DNA of 64,000 nucleotides from Narcine bancroftii (Eukaryota). Location of the stretch: positions 5,704,001-5,768,000 of the forward strand of contig NW_027211886.1 of the NCBI RefSeq assembly GCF_036971445.1. The letters are read 5' to 3'. Positions 12,260-24,500 of the stretch are shown here, in pieces (within the stretch, counting starts at the first letter, position 1; each line of letters starts with the position of its first letter). The position numbers were made by a program, and so were the translations under genes. The notes under the pieces were generated by a model. It ran no database searches, was not told the DNA's origin, and saw only the letters and a program-made list of their open reading frames with translations.

Positions 12260-12821
12260 CCAAATTGAACTAAATCTCTTCAGTCACATTCATGTGTCTA
12301 TCTGAAAGCCTCCTAAACGCTATTATCCCATCTGCCTCCACTACTACTGGAAGCCTGATCCAGGCACTTCTCACTTTCTATGTAAAACAAATATTGTCTT
12401 TAAACTTTCCCCTCCAGTTTTTGACATTTTTACCCTGAGATGAAGATTTTGGCTAAGTACCTTATCTATGCCCTCATAATCTAATAAACCTGACTCCCCA
12501 AAGCCTGTTGCCAGAGAAAACAACCCAAGTCTACCCAGCGTCTTCTTATAGGTCATAACCTTTAATCCAGGTAGCCTGCTGGTACTTCTTTTCTGTTCAC
12601 TTTCCAAACCCTCCACCCTCTTCTGGCTGACCAGAATTGCACCGTGCAGCCTAATCAAAATTTTATATAGCTGCAATATTGACTTTCTCATCCTGATACT
12701 CAATGCCCCGAACAATGAAGGCAAGCAAGTGCTTTCTTTACCACCCTATCTACTTGTGCTGCTATGTTCAGAGAGTTATGGACTTGGATCCCTCAGTCTC
12801 TATGTACATCATTGCTGTTAA
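12260..12821 (-). mobile_element. CR1 LINE fragment, interrupted by an L1
   Basis: ORF 12371..12724 (ILQLYKILIR...RLPGL...LGRLGLFSL) is a CR1 ORF2 C-terminus. Host sequence resumes at 14525. Confidence 0.75.
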
Positions 12822-14524
12822 TGGTCAATTAAATTATCAGCCATTAATGAAGAAATTACAAGATGACTTAGAACATTGGAAAGATTTACCACTAACACTG
12901 ATAGGAAGGGTAAATTGTATTAAAATGAATATCTTCCCAAGGATACACTACCTATTTCAATAGTTACCAATTCACCTAACAGAGAAATTCTTCAAGGAGC
13001 TAAAGAAAATAATAAGGAAATTCTTATGGAAAGGGGGGAAACTGAGGATAGAGCTAGATAAATTAACAGAATGGTACAAACAAGGGGGCTTACAGCTACC
13101 AAACTTTAAGAATTATTATAGAGCAGCACAATTAAGATATCTATCAGATTTTTATCAAACAAGGGAAAAACCAGATTGGACCAGATTAGAGCTAGATAAA
13201 ATAGGGGAGAAGGTACCTGAACATATACTACATAAGTGGGATGAAAAGCTGGTGCAACATAGGAATTCACCAGTACTGCACCATCTGCTCAACATTTGGA
13301 AGAAGATTCACATAGAAAGGAAAAAACAAATTATCAACTACCAAAATTAATATTGACGCAAAATCAACTAATCCCTTTCACAATAGATAACCTTTCCTTT
13401 AGAGAATGGGAGCGAAGAGGGATCAAAAGAACAGAAAATTGTTTTTCGGGAAATAAATTATTATCTTTTGAACAAATGAAGTACAAATACGGTACAATGT
13501 TTGCATACCACCAACTGAAGGACAAATTGGGAAGCAGGGTGAGGTTACCAGAAGGAAGCAGTTTTGAATATGTGATTACAGACACAATGATAATTAAAAG
13601 ATTTATAATAAACATGTACATCAAACTGCAAGAAAAAGAGAACGATGAAATAAGCTGTAAACCCAAACAAAAGTGGGAACAAGATCTAAACATAAAGATA
13701 AAGAATGAAACATGGGAAAAGCTATGCTCCAGAACTATGAGAAATACAATAAACACGAGGTTACGCATGATACCATATAATTGGTTACACAGGCTATACA
13801 CCACGCCCCAAAAGTTAAATCAATGGGACCCAACAGTATCAGACAGATGTTTTCACTGTAAGAGGAAACGGGAATAACAGTGCATGCAATTTGGGCATGT
13901 GAGAAAGTGAAAAAGTTTTGGGAAGATCTAAATCAGGTATTAAATAAAATCACAAAAAGCAACATCCCAAAAAATCCAGAGATCTTTCTTCTAAGTAATA
14001 TAAGAAGTAAAGAACCTGGCCTCAATTTGGATGGAGCACAAAAAAGATTTATTATGATAGCCTTAGCTGTAGTAAAAAAATGTATAATGTCAACCTGGAA
14101 CTCAGAAGATAGCCTGAGAATACAGCAATGGTACTTAGAAATTAATAAATGTATTCCATTGGAAAAAATAACATATAATTTAAGAAATAACATCACAGTA
14201 TTCGATCAAATTTGGGAACCATACATGGAACACAACAGAGAAGTCCTACCGCGGACCTCCACCACCTAAAATAACAGAATGAGAAGAAGACGAAATGAAC
14301 TAACCCAGTGTGTAAAAGTAGATGACACAATTTTCTTGTTTATTTTCATTGTGTGATGACATTGTTTAATGGGTTTAATGTATCGTATATGTTGAATGTT
14401 TTGTAGGTGGGGAGGGGGTGGGAAGGAGGGGAGAAAGTGACACTGTGTATATTCAAGAGGGAAATGTTTATGTGTATTTTGGTCAATATGGTTCATAGTG
14501 TGAAAAATAAAAAAATTAAAAAAA
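12822..14524 (+). mobile_element. 5'-truncated L1-clade LINE (family A)
   Basis: WKDLPLTLIGRVNCIKMNIFPR; C-terminal RCFHC...HAIWAC; AATAAA plus A tail; TSD tgctgttaa (12813-12821) / tgctattaa (14525-14533). Confidence 0.93.
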
Positions 14525-14589
14525 TGCTATTAAGGGTCCTGCATCTGTGTCCGTAGCTCTTTATTGACGAGCATTTGCTGAGACATCCA

Positions 14590-16990
14590 TGTGCATCAAG
14601 AGTGCTGGATAGAGTGGATGTGGAGACGTTTCCAGTAGTTGGAGAGTCAAGGACCAGACAGCATGGCCTCTGAATAAAAGGACATCCCATTAAAACAGAG
14701 ATCAGGAGAAATTTTCTTCAGCCAGGGGCTGGTGGATCTGTGGAACTCATTGCTGCAGATGGCTGTGCAGGCCATTGAATATAAAGCAGGTTGAGAGGTT
14801 CTTTCAAACTTTATTTAAAAGATAGAAAAAAACCATAACATACAATATAGAAATAATTTTTTAAAAGATTTTGCATTAACACCCACCCTACCCTCCCAAC
14901 TCTTCAGCCAACTCCCTTAAGGGGAGCAAAAAAATATAGATTATATATATAAAAAGAAAATATTATAAATGTTAATAACATTTCAAAGTATATCTAAATG
15001 CATATATTTCAAATACGGAGACCATTTACTAACAAAAGAAGAATAATTACCATGTAAATTATAAGTAATTTTTTCCATAACAATACATACTTTCAATTCA
15101 TTGTGCCAACGTGATATATTAATCTCAGTACTTTCCAAGTACTAGCAACACATTTACGCGCTACTGATAACACCAAACATACAAAAGCAATTTGAATTTT
15201 GTCAAATCCCATTCCCTTTAATGAATACAAATTTCCCAACAAAATAATCTTTGGATCTAATGGTAGTATAAAATTATATAATTTTTCCAAAACGACTTAA
15301 TTCCTTGCTAAAATGATTGAAATTTAACACAAGTCCAAACGGCATGTAGAAAAGTTCCAATACATGAGCCACATCTAAAACAAGAATCCAAATTACTAAA
15401 CCCATTTTTTTAAGCTTTTCCAGGGTCAAATATAGTTGATGTAAAAAATTATAATTAGCCATTCCATATCTTATATTAGTTAATTTAATTACATCGTCCT
15501 GACACATATTCACCAAAATAAATACTAAATCACTCTCCCAATTAAGTTTAGATTTCTCCCAGTCTGACTTATCCATACTATCTTATAACAAATTATACGT
15601 AACTGAAATATAACCCTTTTTTGGCATAGACGAAATCAAAGATTCAAATCTCGATAAAGTAGGTAAAATCATCTCTCTACCATAATTATCTTTTATCAAA
15701 GCTCTAAGTTGATAATACACAAACAAAGAATTTACAGGTATATCAAATCTTTCTCTCATTTGATTAAAAGAAAGAAATTACCCCTCTTCCAAACTATCTT
15801 GTATTGTCTTTATACCTTTAGAATCCCAAATCTTTAAATGATTATTAAACATTGAAAAAGGAATAAGCTGATCATTATACAATGGAATTAAAATTGATAA
15901 TTTATCTTTCGACCCTAACACCCTGTTTTTTTTAATCCAAATCTTTAACAAATGTTTCAATATCAGCATATCATATTGCTGTAACAAAATAAAATTCCAA
16001 CAAAATGTAAATTCATGTATCTCAACCCTAGGAATACACGCCATCTCCACTTTAGCCCAGCTAGGAGGCTGATCTAAATCCATCAATTTACTAACAAACT
16101 TCAACGGGGCCGCTTCATAATAGTTTTGAAAATGTGGTAATTGTAGTCCGCACAGTGCATAATTCCATGTAAGTCTATGCAATGCCACTTGAGCTAATTT
16201 ACCTTTCTATAAAAACTCTCACACTGCTTTATTCAAATCTTGAAAAAAGCCCTTAGAAAGTAAACAAGGTATTGACTGAAATAAATATTGAATTTGAGGA
16301 AATATATTCATTTTAATACAATTAACCCAACCAATCAAAGTTAATGGAAGGTCTTTCCACTTAATCAAATCTGCTTTAATCAATCTTAATATAGGTACGT
16401 AATTTAATTGATATAATGACTGATAATTAGTATCTATAAACACACCTAAATATTTAATTTTAGTTGTCCACCTTAATTTTGTAATAGTTTTAAATTCAGA
16501 ATAATCTCCCACTCCAACTGGTATAATTTCACTTTTATCCCAATTAACTTTATATCCCGATAATTCTCCAAATTTCAACAAGCACCCTTGCAATTGTTTC
16601 AATGACCATTCCGGTTCCGTCAAGTATACCAACACATCGTCCGCAAATAAGTTAATTTTATATTCTTCATTCTTAACCTTCATCACTCTAATTTCTTCAT
16701 TTTGTCTAATAGCAAATAAGGCTGGTGACAATGGGCAGCCCTGTGGAGTTGAGTGAATTAATTTAAATGGTGAAATCTGTCCATTTGTCACCACCCTAGC
16801 AATCGGGTTCGTATATAAAGCCTTAACCCAACCAAGGTTGAGAGGTTCTTGATTCGAAAGGGTGTCAAAGGTTATGGGGAATACAGGAAAATTAGGTTGA
16901 AAGGAAGAATAAATCAGCTATGATTTGAATGGCAGAGCAGACTCAGTGGGCTGAATAGCCCAATTTTGCTCCTATCTCTCATGGTCTTAT
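14590..16990 (+). mobile_element. CR1 3' fragment (about 14590-14803 and 16835-16990) split by an antisense L1
   Basis: ctggatagagtggatgtggag...ttcttcagccag...tggaactc continues as gattcgaaagggtgtcaaaggttatggg after the TSD. Confidence 0.75.
14804..16834 (-). mobile_element. 5'-truncated L1-clade LINE (family B), antisense
   Basis: ORF 16219..16794 has QGCPLSP, LFADD and IKYLG RT motifs. Exact 16-bp TSD aggttgagaggttctt (14788-14803 / 16835-16850). Confidence 0.94.
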
Positions 16991-17177
16991 TTGACAAGTA
17001 AAGCCATTGGCCTTGGTTGTGGTTTTCTGGTTGACAGACAATGTTGAAGGATGGAGCAGAAAAAATCTGACTTGAGAACAAAAAATCTCCCTAATGAGGA
17101 ATGTACAACAAAGCAGAGCTTTTATCATTTGACATTACTACAGGAACATTGTCAGAAAGACTTCCTGTTGGCTGAAG

Positions 17178-17310
17178 ATGGGTGGAGGAAACCCACGTAG
17201 ACCAGGGGAGAATATACAAATTCCTTACAGGCTGCGCGGGATTCAAACCAAGGTCCCAGTCGCTGGGACTGGAACAGTGTTGCGCTGACCGCCATGCAAA
17301 TCATGATACC
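17178..17310 (-). mobile_element. HE1/V-type tRNA SINE fragment
   Basis: ggaggaaacccacg...ggggagaatatacaaattccttacag...ggattcaaacc. Confidence 0.75.
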
Positions 17311-18029
17311 CCTACCTACTTCGCCATTTCACAACTGATTAGCAAGTGCTTGATGAAAACTAAAATGACACACGAGTATTTGAAAGTTCTTATAATTTAA
17401 TACCCAAGTTTGTTCAAGTATCCTGTCATGGTCCCAGCTCCACTGGGCAGACAAAAATTGGAGCAGTTTTGAACAGTCAGATTTGTGTCATCCATATAAT
17501 TCTCCACGGTTGTGAAAACTGGGTTATGGATGCCAACAGGGACAGACAATGAAGGGCTTCTGCCTTTACTTTCTCAGAAAAATCCTTCAGTCTCTTGGGG
17601 AACAGTCAAGAGAAATGTGGTCTACAATCCACACAAACTGCATTAGACTTATGCGAACTATTGGCAGATGAAGTCTGTGCTCTGTGGCCAAAGAGCCAAC
17701 AAATCCAAGTAAGGTGTCAAGAAATTCCTAATTAATAGCTCGGAGGACATCATCGGTGATTACCCTGTATGGAACAGCTAGGTCAAGGCTTGTACAGAGA
17801 CCAGCTCAATGCCCACAGATAAGGTAGGAAGCAGAGAATGCTGCATCTGCCCAGTGGAGCTGGGGCCAGAACAGGACGCTTGACCAAACACGGGTGTGAA
17901 ATGATAAGAGCTTTAAGACAATAGTGTCGTTTTATTTTTTTCATCGAACACTTGCTAACCAGTGTGAAATAACATTGCAACCGTAGAAAAAATGGAACAG
18001 GCAACTGGAATCCAACAATGCTAGCTAAC

Positions 18030-18277
18030 TATTTAAATTTAGACATACAGCACAGTAACAGGCCATTTCGGCCCATGAGTCCATGCCACCCACTTTACCC
18101 CCAATTAACCTACACCACTAGTACATTTTTAATGGTGGGAGGAAACCGGAGCCCCTTTGGAGACCACACATGAACACAAGGAGAATGTACAAACTCCTTA
18201 CAGACGGTGAGTGATTCAAACCCCAGTGCTGATGGCTGGCGCTGTAAAGGCATTGCGCTAACTGCTATACCAACCGT
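18030..18277 (-). mobile_element. HE1/V-type tRNA-derived SINE
   Basis: Reverse complement of the 54722 copy: B box (ggtttgaatc), V-domain ggtttcctcccac and CR1-like tail. Confidence 0.85.
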
Positions 18278-19011
18278 TGGAAACTGAGATGAGAGGCATC
18301 AGATGCTGAGTACAAATGGAAATCAGCAGTAAAACATTTTTAGGTCAGTTGAACTAACCCAATGTGTCAGCGTCATTATGCGATTAAACATGCTAAATTT
18401 AATAAAAAGTCAATTTAATGTGCCTCCAACTTCCTACGTGATGCCGCAAATCTGAAATTATCTTTGTTTTCATCTTGAGGTTGTCTATCATAATCCTCAA
18501 TTTATTTTCAGGAAGCAAAACTTTTCAGAAAATACGTTGTCCAGCATAATAACACTGCGGAGTATGCATAACTACAACAGTTAACTATAGCTGAGTATTT
18601 AAAAGACAGTTAGGTCTGTGCCTCTAACCCACCTCTCAAGTGATTTATCAAAATATTGGTAGACCTTTTTCAGGTCATTCTACAGTGTCAGTGGGGCAGT
18701 TTGTAAGTATACTCACTGTGTATGTTCAGCTGACCTAACTTCTACACAGTGGGAAACATACAAATGTGTTCTTGGTGGAGATTAAACATTGTCATGATAC
18801 TGGGGGAGATTTTGGTTCCACTTCCATAAGATTTTTGAAGGGTAACATTTGGATTAAAATGGTATTCAAATAACGCCACTTCCTCTGATAATGCAGAATT
18901 CAAGTCTCCGACTAGGCTTGGTTCAGTCTCTGCAGGGCGTTGTGAACACAGAAGTGTGATGTCCTTTTGGAGGCACAGGGTAGAATGCACATCCCCTCCT
19001 TGTTGAACCCC

Positions 19012-19251
19012 TGCAGAGCTCGTCGAAAGAACCAAAGACTTGTTGATCCAAACCAAGGCTTTTATTAGCAAAAGACAGGAGCTCTTCACAGGTGGCCGAC
19101 AAGTCCAGAATGATCCGACCTGGCTAGGGACACAACCCTTTAAAGCCCAGACAGTAGGCGTGGCTAAGCTCTCAGCCAATCGCTGTAAGCACAGTCATTA
19201 CACTCTAGATACTGTAACTATATACATTGGTGATAGGTCTGTACTATCACA
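19012..19251 (-). mobile_element. Solo LTR (240 bp)
   Basis: TG...CA ends, exact 5-bp TSD acccc (19007-19011 / 19252-19256), minus-strand AATAAA near 19060. Confidence 0.85.
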
Positions 19252-19617
19252 ACCCCATAAATCCATAAAGCAAATTGTGGGCTCTCCTGGTGCTGTTGAT
19301 GTTCACAGACTTGATCGTTGTGCAGCTGCTAGTAAAAATTTAACAGGGCGTTCCAGAGAATTGTGTCAAACATTGAAGCAGCACAACCTCATTCATATTT
19401 TTGCCAGTTTATTTGTACTTTAGCTGAGGGCCAAGGACAGTCAGAATCCAAATCTTGGTACTCATTAGTGATTCATTTTTATGTATACTCGAAAAAAGGA
19501 AGGTTGCACAGAAGTGTATTCTGTTTGACTATTGATTAAAGTCCAAATAGTGATTAATGAGTTTTCTACAATCAAAAATGTTCTTTCATCATTAAATATT
19601 TGTGGAAGTTTACAAGA

Positions 19618-20790
19618 ATTAGAATTATTAGAATCAGAATTTATTGTCATGAACACAGCCGCAAAATTTGTTGTTTCGCGGCAACATTTAAGGCACAAAA
19701 TGGCAATAAATAACATTTTTTTAAAATAAAATAAACGAATGCAACAGAAAAGTGAAATAGTGTCTATGCTTCACTGTCCATTCAGAAATCTGATGGCGAT
19801 GGGGAAGAAGCTGTTTTTGTGCTGTTGGGTGGTCATCTTCAGGTTCCTGTATCTTCTTCTTGATGGTATCAGTGTGGAGAGGGTATGGCCTGGGTGGTGA
19901 AGGCCCTTGAGGATGGAGGCTGCTTCTTGTAGATGTCCTTGATGGAGTGAACCTCATCTCCATACCAGGCAGTGATGCAGCCAGTCAGAATGGTCTTCAC
20001 GGTGCACCTGTAGAAATTTACAAGTCTTTGGTGACATACCAAATCCCCTCAAACTCCTCATTAAGTATAGCCTTCTTCACGACTGCATCGACATGAAGGC
20101 CCCACAATAGATCTTCAGAGATGTTGACACCCAGAAATTTGAAGTTCTTAGCCCTTTCCGCTGCTGACCCCTTAATGAGGGGTGATTGTTTTCTTCTCCT
20201 GATTTCCTTCTCCTGGAGTCCACAAGATTAAGGGGGGATTTGATGGAGGTGTTCAAGATTTTAAAAGGAAGAGAGAGAGTCAACGTCGATAGGCTTTTTC
20301 AATTAAGAGTGGGGGATATTCAAACCAGAGGCCATGGTTTGAGATTTCAGGGGGAAAATTATAAGGGGAACATGAGGGGAAATTTCTTCATGCAAAGGGT
20401 GGTTGGGACGTGGAATAAGCTTCCGGCAGAGGTGGTTGAAGCAAGGACGTTATTTACATTTAAGGAAAGACTGGGTAATTACATGGAGGGGAGAGGATTG
20501 GAGGGGTATGAACCAAGTGCTGGTCAGTGGGACTAGGAGGGTGGAGATTTGTTCTGGCATGGACTAGTAGGGCCAAACTGGCCTGTTCTGTGCTGTATAT
20601 ATGTTTTGCTAATGTTGTGTGTAAAGTTATTGTTGTGACACTGCGCAACCAGCTGATCTACCTCCCTCCTGCACACTTCTTCATTGCAATCTGTGATTGT
20701 GCCGATGATTGTGGGGTCACTGGAAAATTTGTAGATGGCATTTGAATTGTGCCTGACTACACAGCTACGAATGTAGAGCGAATCGAGCAG
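19618..20790 (-). mobile_element. Rex/Babar-like LINE 3' part, interrupted by a CR1
   Basis: Minus-strand RT-like KFSSDPTIIGTI...REVDQLV and FLGVNISEDL segments; (ttctaa)-type tail near 19620. Confidence 0.7.
20222..20600 (+). mobile_element. CR1 LINE 3' fragment
   Basis: ORF 20186..20536 RLRGDLMEVFKI...NFFMQRVVGTWNKLP, plus CR1 3' UTR. Confidence 0.88.
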
Positions 20791-21329
20791 TGGGCACAAA
20801 AGAATGTAAATTTTTAAAATTCTTTTTTAAAATGTCACAGCATAGTAACAGGCCCACAAGCCCGTGCTATCCAAATACGCCCACGTGACCCATTAACCTA
20901 CTGACCCTGTACGTCTTTGGATACATCCTGGAGAGTGTAAGGATGTAAAGTTGATCCCCTAGGTATGACTGCATGGACCTTGTATAAAACCATTTGAACA
21001 TTAAAACAATTGTGTATCATTTTATTTTCATTAACACTTTCAATAATTACGTGTAAAAAGAAATTGCAAATTGTGAAGAATGGATTGGTCAGGTTGTGAG
21101 AGGGAAGAGGTCATTCATAACACCTTGAGAGTAGCAGTAACACTCGTGGAGCCATTTAAAATACAATTTGGTTTGTGCATTTAAACTCATCCTTCTCAGT
21201 GGGTTTCAAGAATACTGGTATCAGTGTACAGGCTCAGATGTTTCGGATGATTCTAACTATAACCAGACTGAATGTAAAAGTAGTTTTATACGACACATCC
21301 AGAGTGAGAGCAACAAAACCAAACGCCGC

Positions 21330-21576
21330 ACATGAGGCATAATTGAGTGAATCAGACCAGCAGACACCTCAACAACAAACTCATTCGTTTCAGGACTCTT
21401 ACTTTTGCATTTTATTGACTTTTTTTTCCTCTCTGTATCACTCAAGTCAGTTTCAGTACATTTCTCTATTTGTTTACTTGTGTACATTTTGCACAGTTTT
21501 ATGTTTGCACGCCTAACAAGTGGTAATTCTGCCTCGACCAGAGGGAAAAAAAGAATCTCAAGGTTGCATGTGATGT
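21330..21576 (+). mobile_element. Rex/Babar-like LINE 3' UTR, resumes at 26835-26880
   Basis: aagaatctcaaggttgcatgtgatgt ... gtatgtactctgacaataaatctgaa tail, also at 40545 and 50680 and reversed at 27920, 55705 and 63780. Confidence 0.75.
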
Positions 21577-24500
21577 GGGAGGAGTCAAGTGATGGAGTAG
21601 TGGCCGGTTGGGAAAACCAGCCCTCTCCAGAAAAATAGGAAAAAGTTAGGAAAAGACAAAGCATATCAAAAATAAAATATAAGAAATAGAAGATAAAGTT
21701 ACAGAGAAGAGAAAGAAGATGCCACCCAAGAAGGAGAAAGTAAAAACAACCCCAAAAAAAGTAGAAAAGTCACCGGAGAAGAAAGAAGAAGGCCTTACCT
21801 GCACGAAGGAACAGGGAACAGTGGTGGCGAGGAGCGCCCGATCCCCAAGGTTAGTGCCTGCCCTGTGGACTTCAAAAATGGCTCTCGGAGCCAAACAAAA
21901 GTGCGCAACTGCACATGCACAGTGTGCAATCAAAGGAAAAATAAGACACCGACAGGAGGGGGGCTCAGCAGAGGAGCGGGCAGCCACAGCGCAAACAGCT
22001 GAGGGACACCCGACACCAGGGCGCTCAGCTGGAGGGAGTGAGGAAACAGACGAGAAAAAAAGTCAGAGGGGTGACAGACAAGAGGATCAATGATAGGAGG
22101 CCCGACAGACAAGCAGCCCAGGAGGGGAGGACCAACAGCAAGAGGAGGCCCGACAAAGCGATACAAGCAGCTCATCAGGAAAAACAGAAAAGACACAGAC
22201 ACAAAAAAGAGAAGAAGAAGACACAAACACAGGTACAGACACAGAAGAAGAAGAAGAAGAAGAAGAAGACCAAGATCTTCACAGAGAAATAAAAGATAAA
22301 ACAGATGGACAGAATATAGATAAAGCTTTTTTTGAAGAACAAATGAGATCATTAAAAGAATGGTTATCATTAGAATTTAGTGCAATTAAAAGAAAAATGA
22401 AAAGAACAGAAGATAAAATGCAAAGTTTAGAACAGATCATGACAGAAATAGGGAAAAGAGTACAAAATGTGGAAGAACGAGAAATGGCTGAAGAAATGGA
22501 AGTAAATTACTTAAGAGGAAAATTGGCAGAAAGTGACAAAAAAATTAAAGAGACACAAGAGTTGTTATCTCAGAAAATTGATATGTTTGAAAATTATAGT
22601 AGGCTAAACAACATAAAATTAGTGGGCCTGAAGGAGGGTGAAGAAGGCACAGACATGAAGGAATTTATAAAAGAATGGACCCCGAAGGTCCTGAAAATGA
22701 CAGAAATGTAGGAAGAAATAGAAATAGGGCACACAGAGCACTAGGAAAAAAGGGGGAAGGAGGTGGAAAAGAGATGTAAGCAAGATAAAAGATGGCCACG
22801 TTGAACTATATGACTATAAACATTAATGGAATACATAACCAAATTAAAAGGAAGAGGCTACTAAATTTATTGAAGAAGGAAAAAATAGATATAGCGTTTG
22901 TGCAGGAAACACATCTAACTGAAGTGGAACATATCAAATTAAAGAGAGACTGGGTAGGACACGTAGCAGCAGCATCATATCATTCAAAAGCTAGAGCTGT
23001 AGCCATATTAGTTAACAAAAATGTACCAATCAAAATAGAGGAGGAAATAATAGATCCAGCAGGGAGGTATGTAATGATAAAGTATCAGATATACTCAGAA
23101 TTTTGGAATTTGCTCAATATATATGCGCCTAACGAGGAGGATTAAAAGTTTATGCAGGATATTTTTTTGAAGATTGCAGACACACAAGGAAATATATTGA
23201 TAGGAGGGGATTTTAACCTTAATTTGGATCCAATGTTGGATAAAACTGGACAAAAGATAAGCAAAAAGAATAAAGTAGCCAAATTTATGGTTAAATTAAT
23301 GCAGGAAATGAAACTTATAGATATATGGAGGAGGAAACACCCAAGAGAGAAGGAATATTCGTATTATTCGAGTAGGCACAAAACATACTCAAGGATTGAT
23401 ATTTTTTTGTTGTCGGCCCATTTTCAAAGGAATGTTAGGAAAACTGAGTATAAAGCTAGACTACTATCAGATCATTCACCCCTGTTATTAACAATAGAAC
23501 TGGAGGACATCCCACCAAGATCATATAGATCTTTTTAAACTCCATGCTACTTAAAAGGCAGGTATTTAGAGATTTTATTGAACACCAAATTAAAACATAT
23601 TTTGAAATAAACATAGAATCAGTGAAAGACAAATTTATATTATGGGACGCAATGAAAGCCTTCATTAGTGGACAGATAATAAATTATGTAACTAAGATGA
23701 AAAAGGATTAAATTTGGGAAATAGAGCTGTTGGAAAGGAAGATAGTAAGTACAGAAAAGGAACTAGTAAAAAGGGATGATATAACGAAAAGGAGAGAATT
23801 GGCGGACAAAAAAATAAAATATGAAACACTACAAACGTGCAAGGTGGAGAAGAAGATAATGAAAACAGAGCAAAAGTATTACGAACTTGGAGAAAAAGCA
23901 CATAAAATATTACCCTGGCAACTTTAAACAGAACAAGCTAAAAGAACTGTATTAGCATCAAGGAAAAAGGACAAACAAATTACATATAACCCAACAGAGA
24001 TTAATGAAAACTTTAAGGAATTTTATGAACAATTATACCAAACTGAGAATGAGCGGAAAGATGATAAAATGGAGAAGTTTTTAGCTAAAATTGAGCTGCC
24101 AAATTGCAAGAAGAGGAACAAAACAAACTAATAAAACCATTTGAAATAGAGGAAGTACAGGATATATTAAAAAAGCTGCCGAACAATAAGACACCAGGAG
24201 AGGATGATTTTCCAATAGAATTTTATAAAACACTTAAAGAGTTATTAATTCTTCCTCTCCTGGAAGTAATGATCCAGGTATAAGAAACAGAAAACTTGCC
24301 AGATTCATGTAAGACAGCAATAATTACAGTAATATCAAAGATGGGGAAGGATTCATTAACACCAGCATCATATAGACCAATATCTCTACTTAACACAGAT
24401 TATAAGATAATAGCGAAATTATTAGCAAACAGATTGGCCGATTATGTACCAAAAATAGTAAAACAAGATCAAACTGGATTTATTAAGAAAAGATGAACAG

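Noticed and set aside
22038-22370. Poly-Arg, poly-Lys and poly-Leu ORFs
   Set aside because: Alternative frames of the (GAA)n tract inside L1 ORF1.
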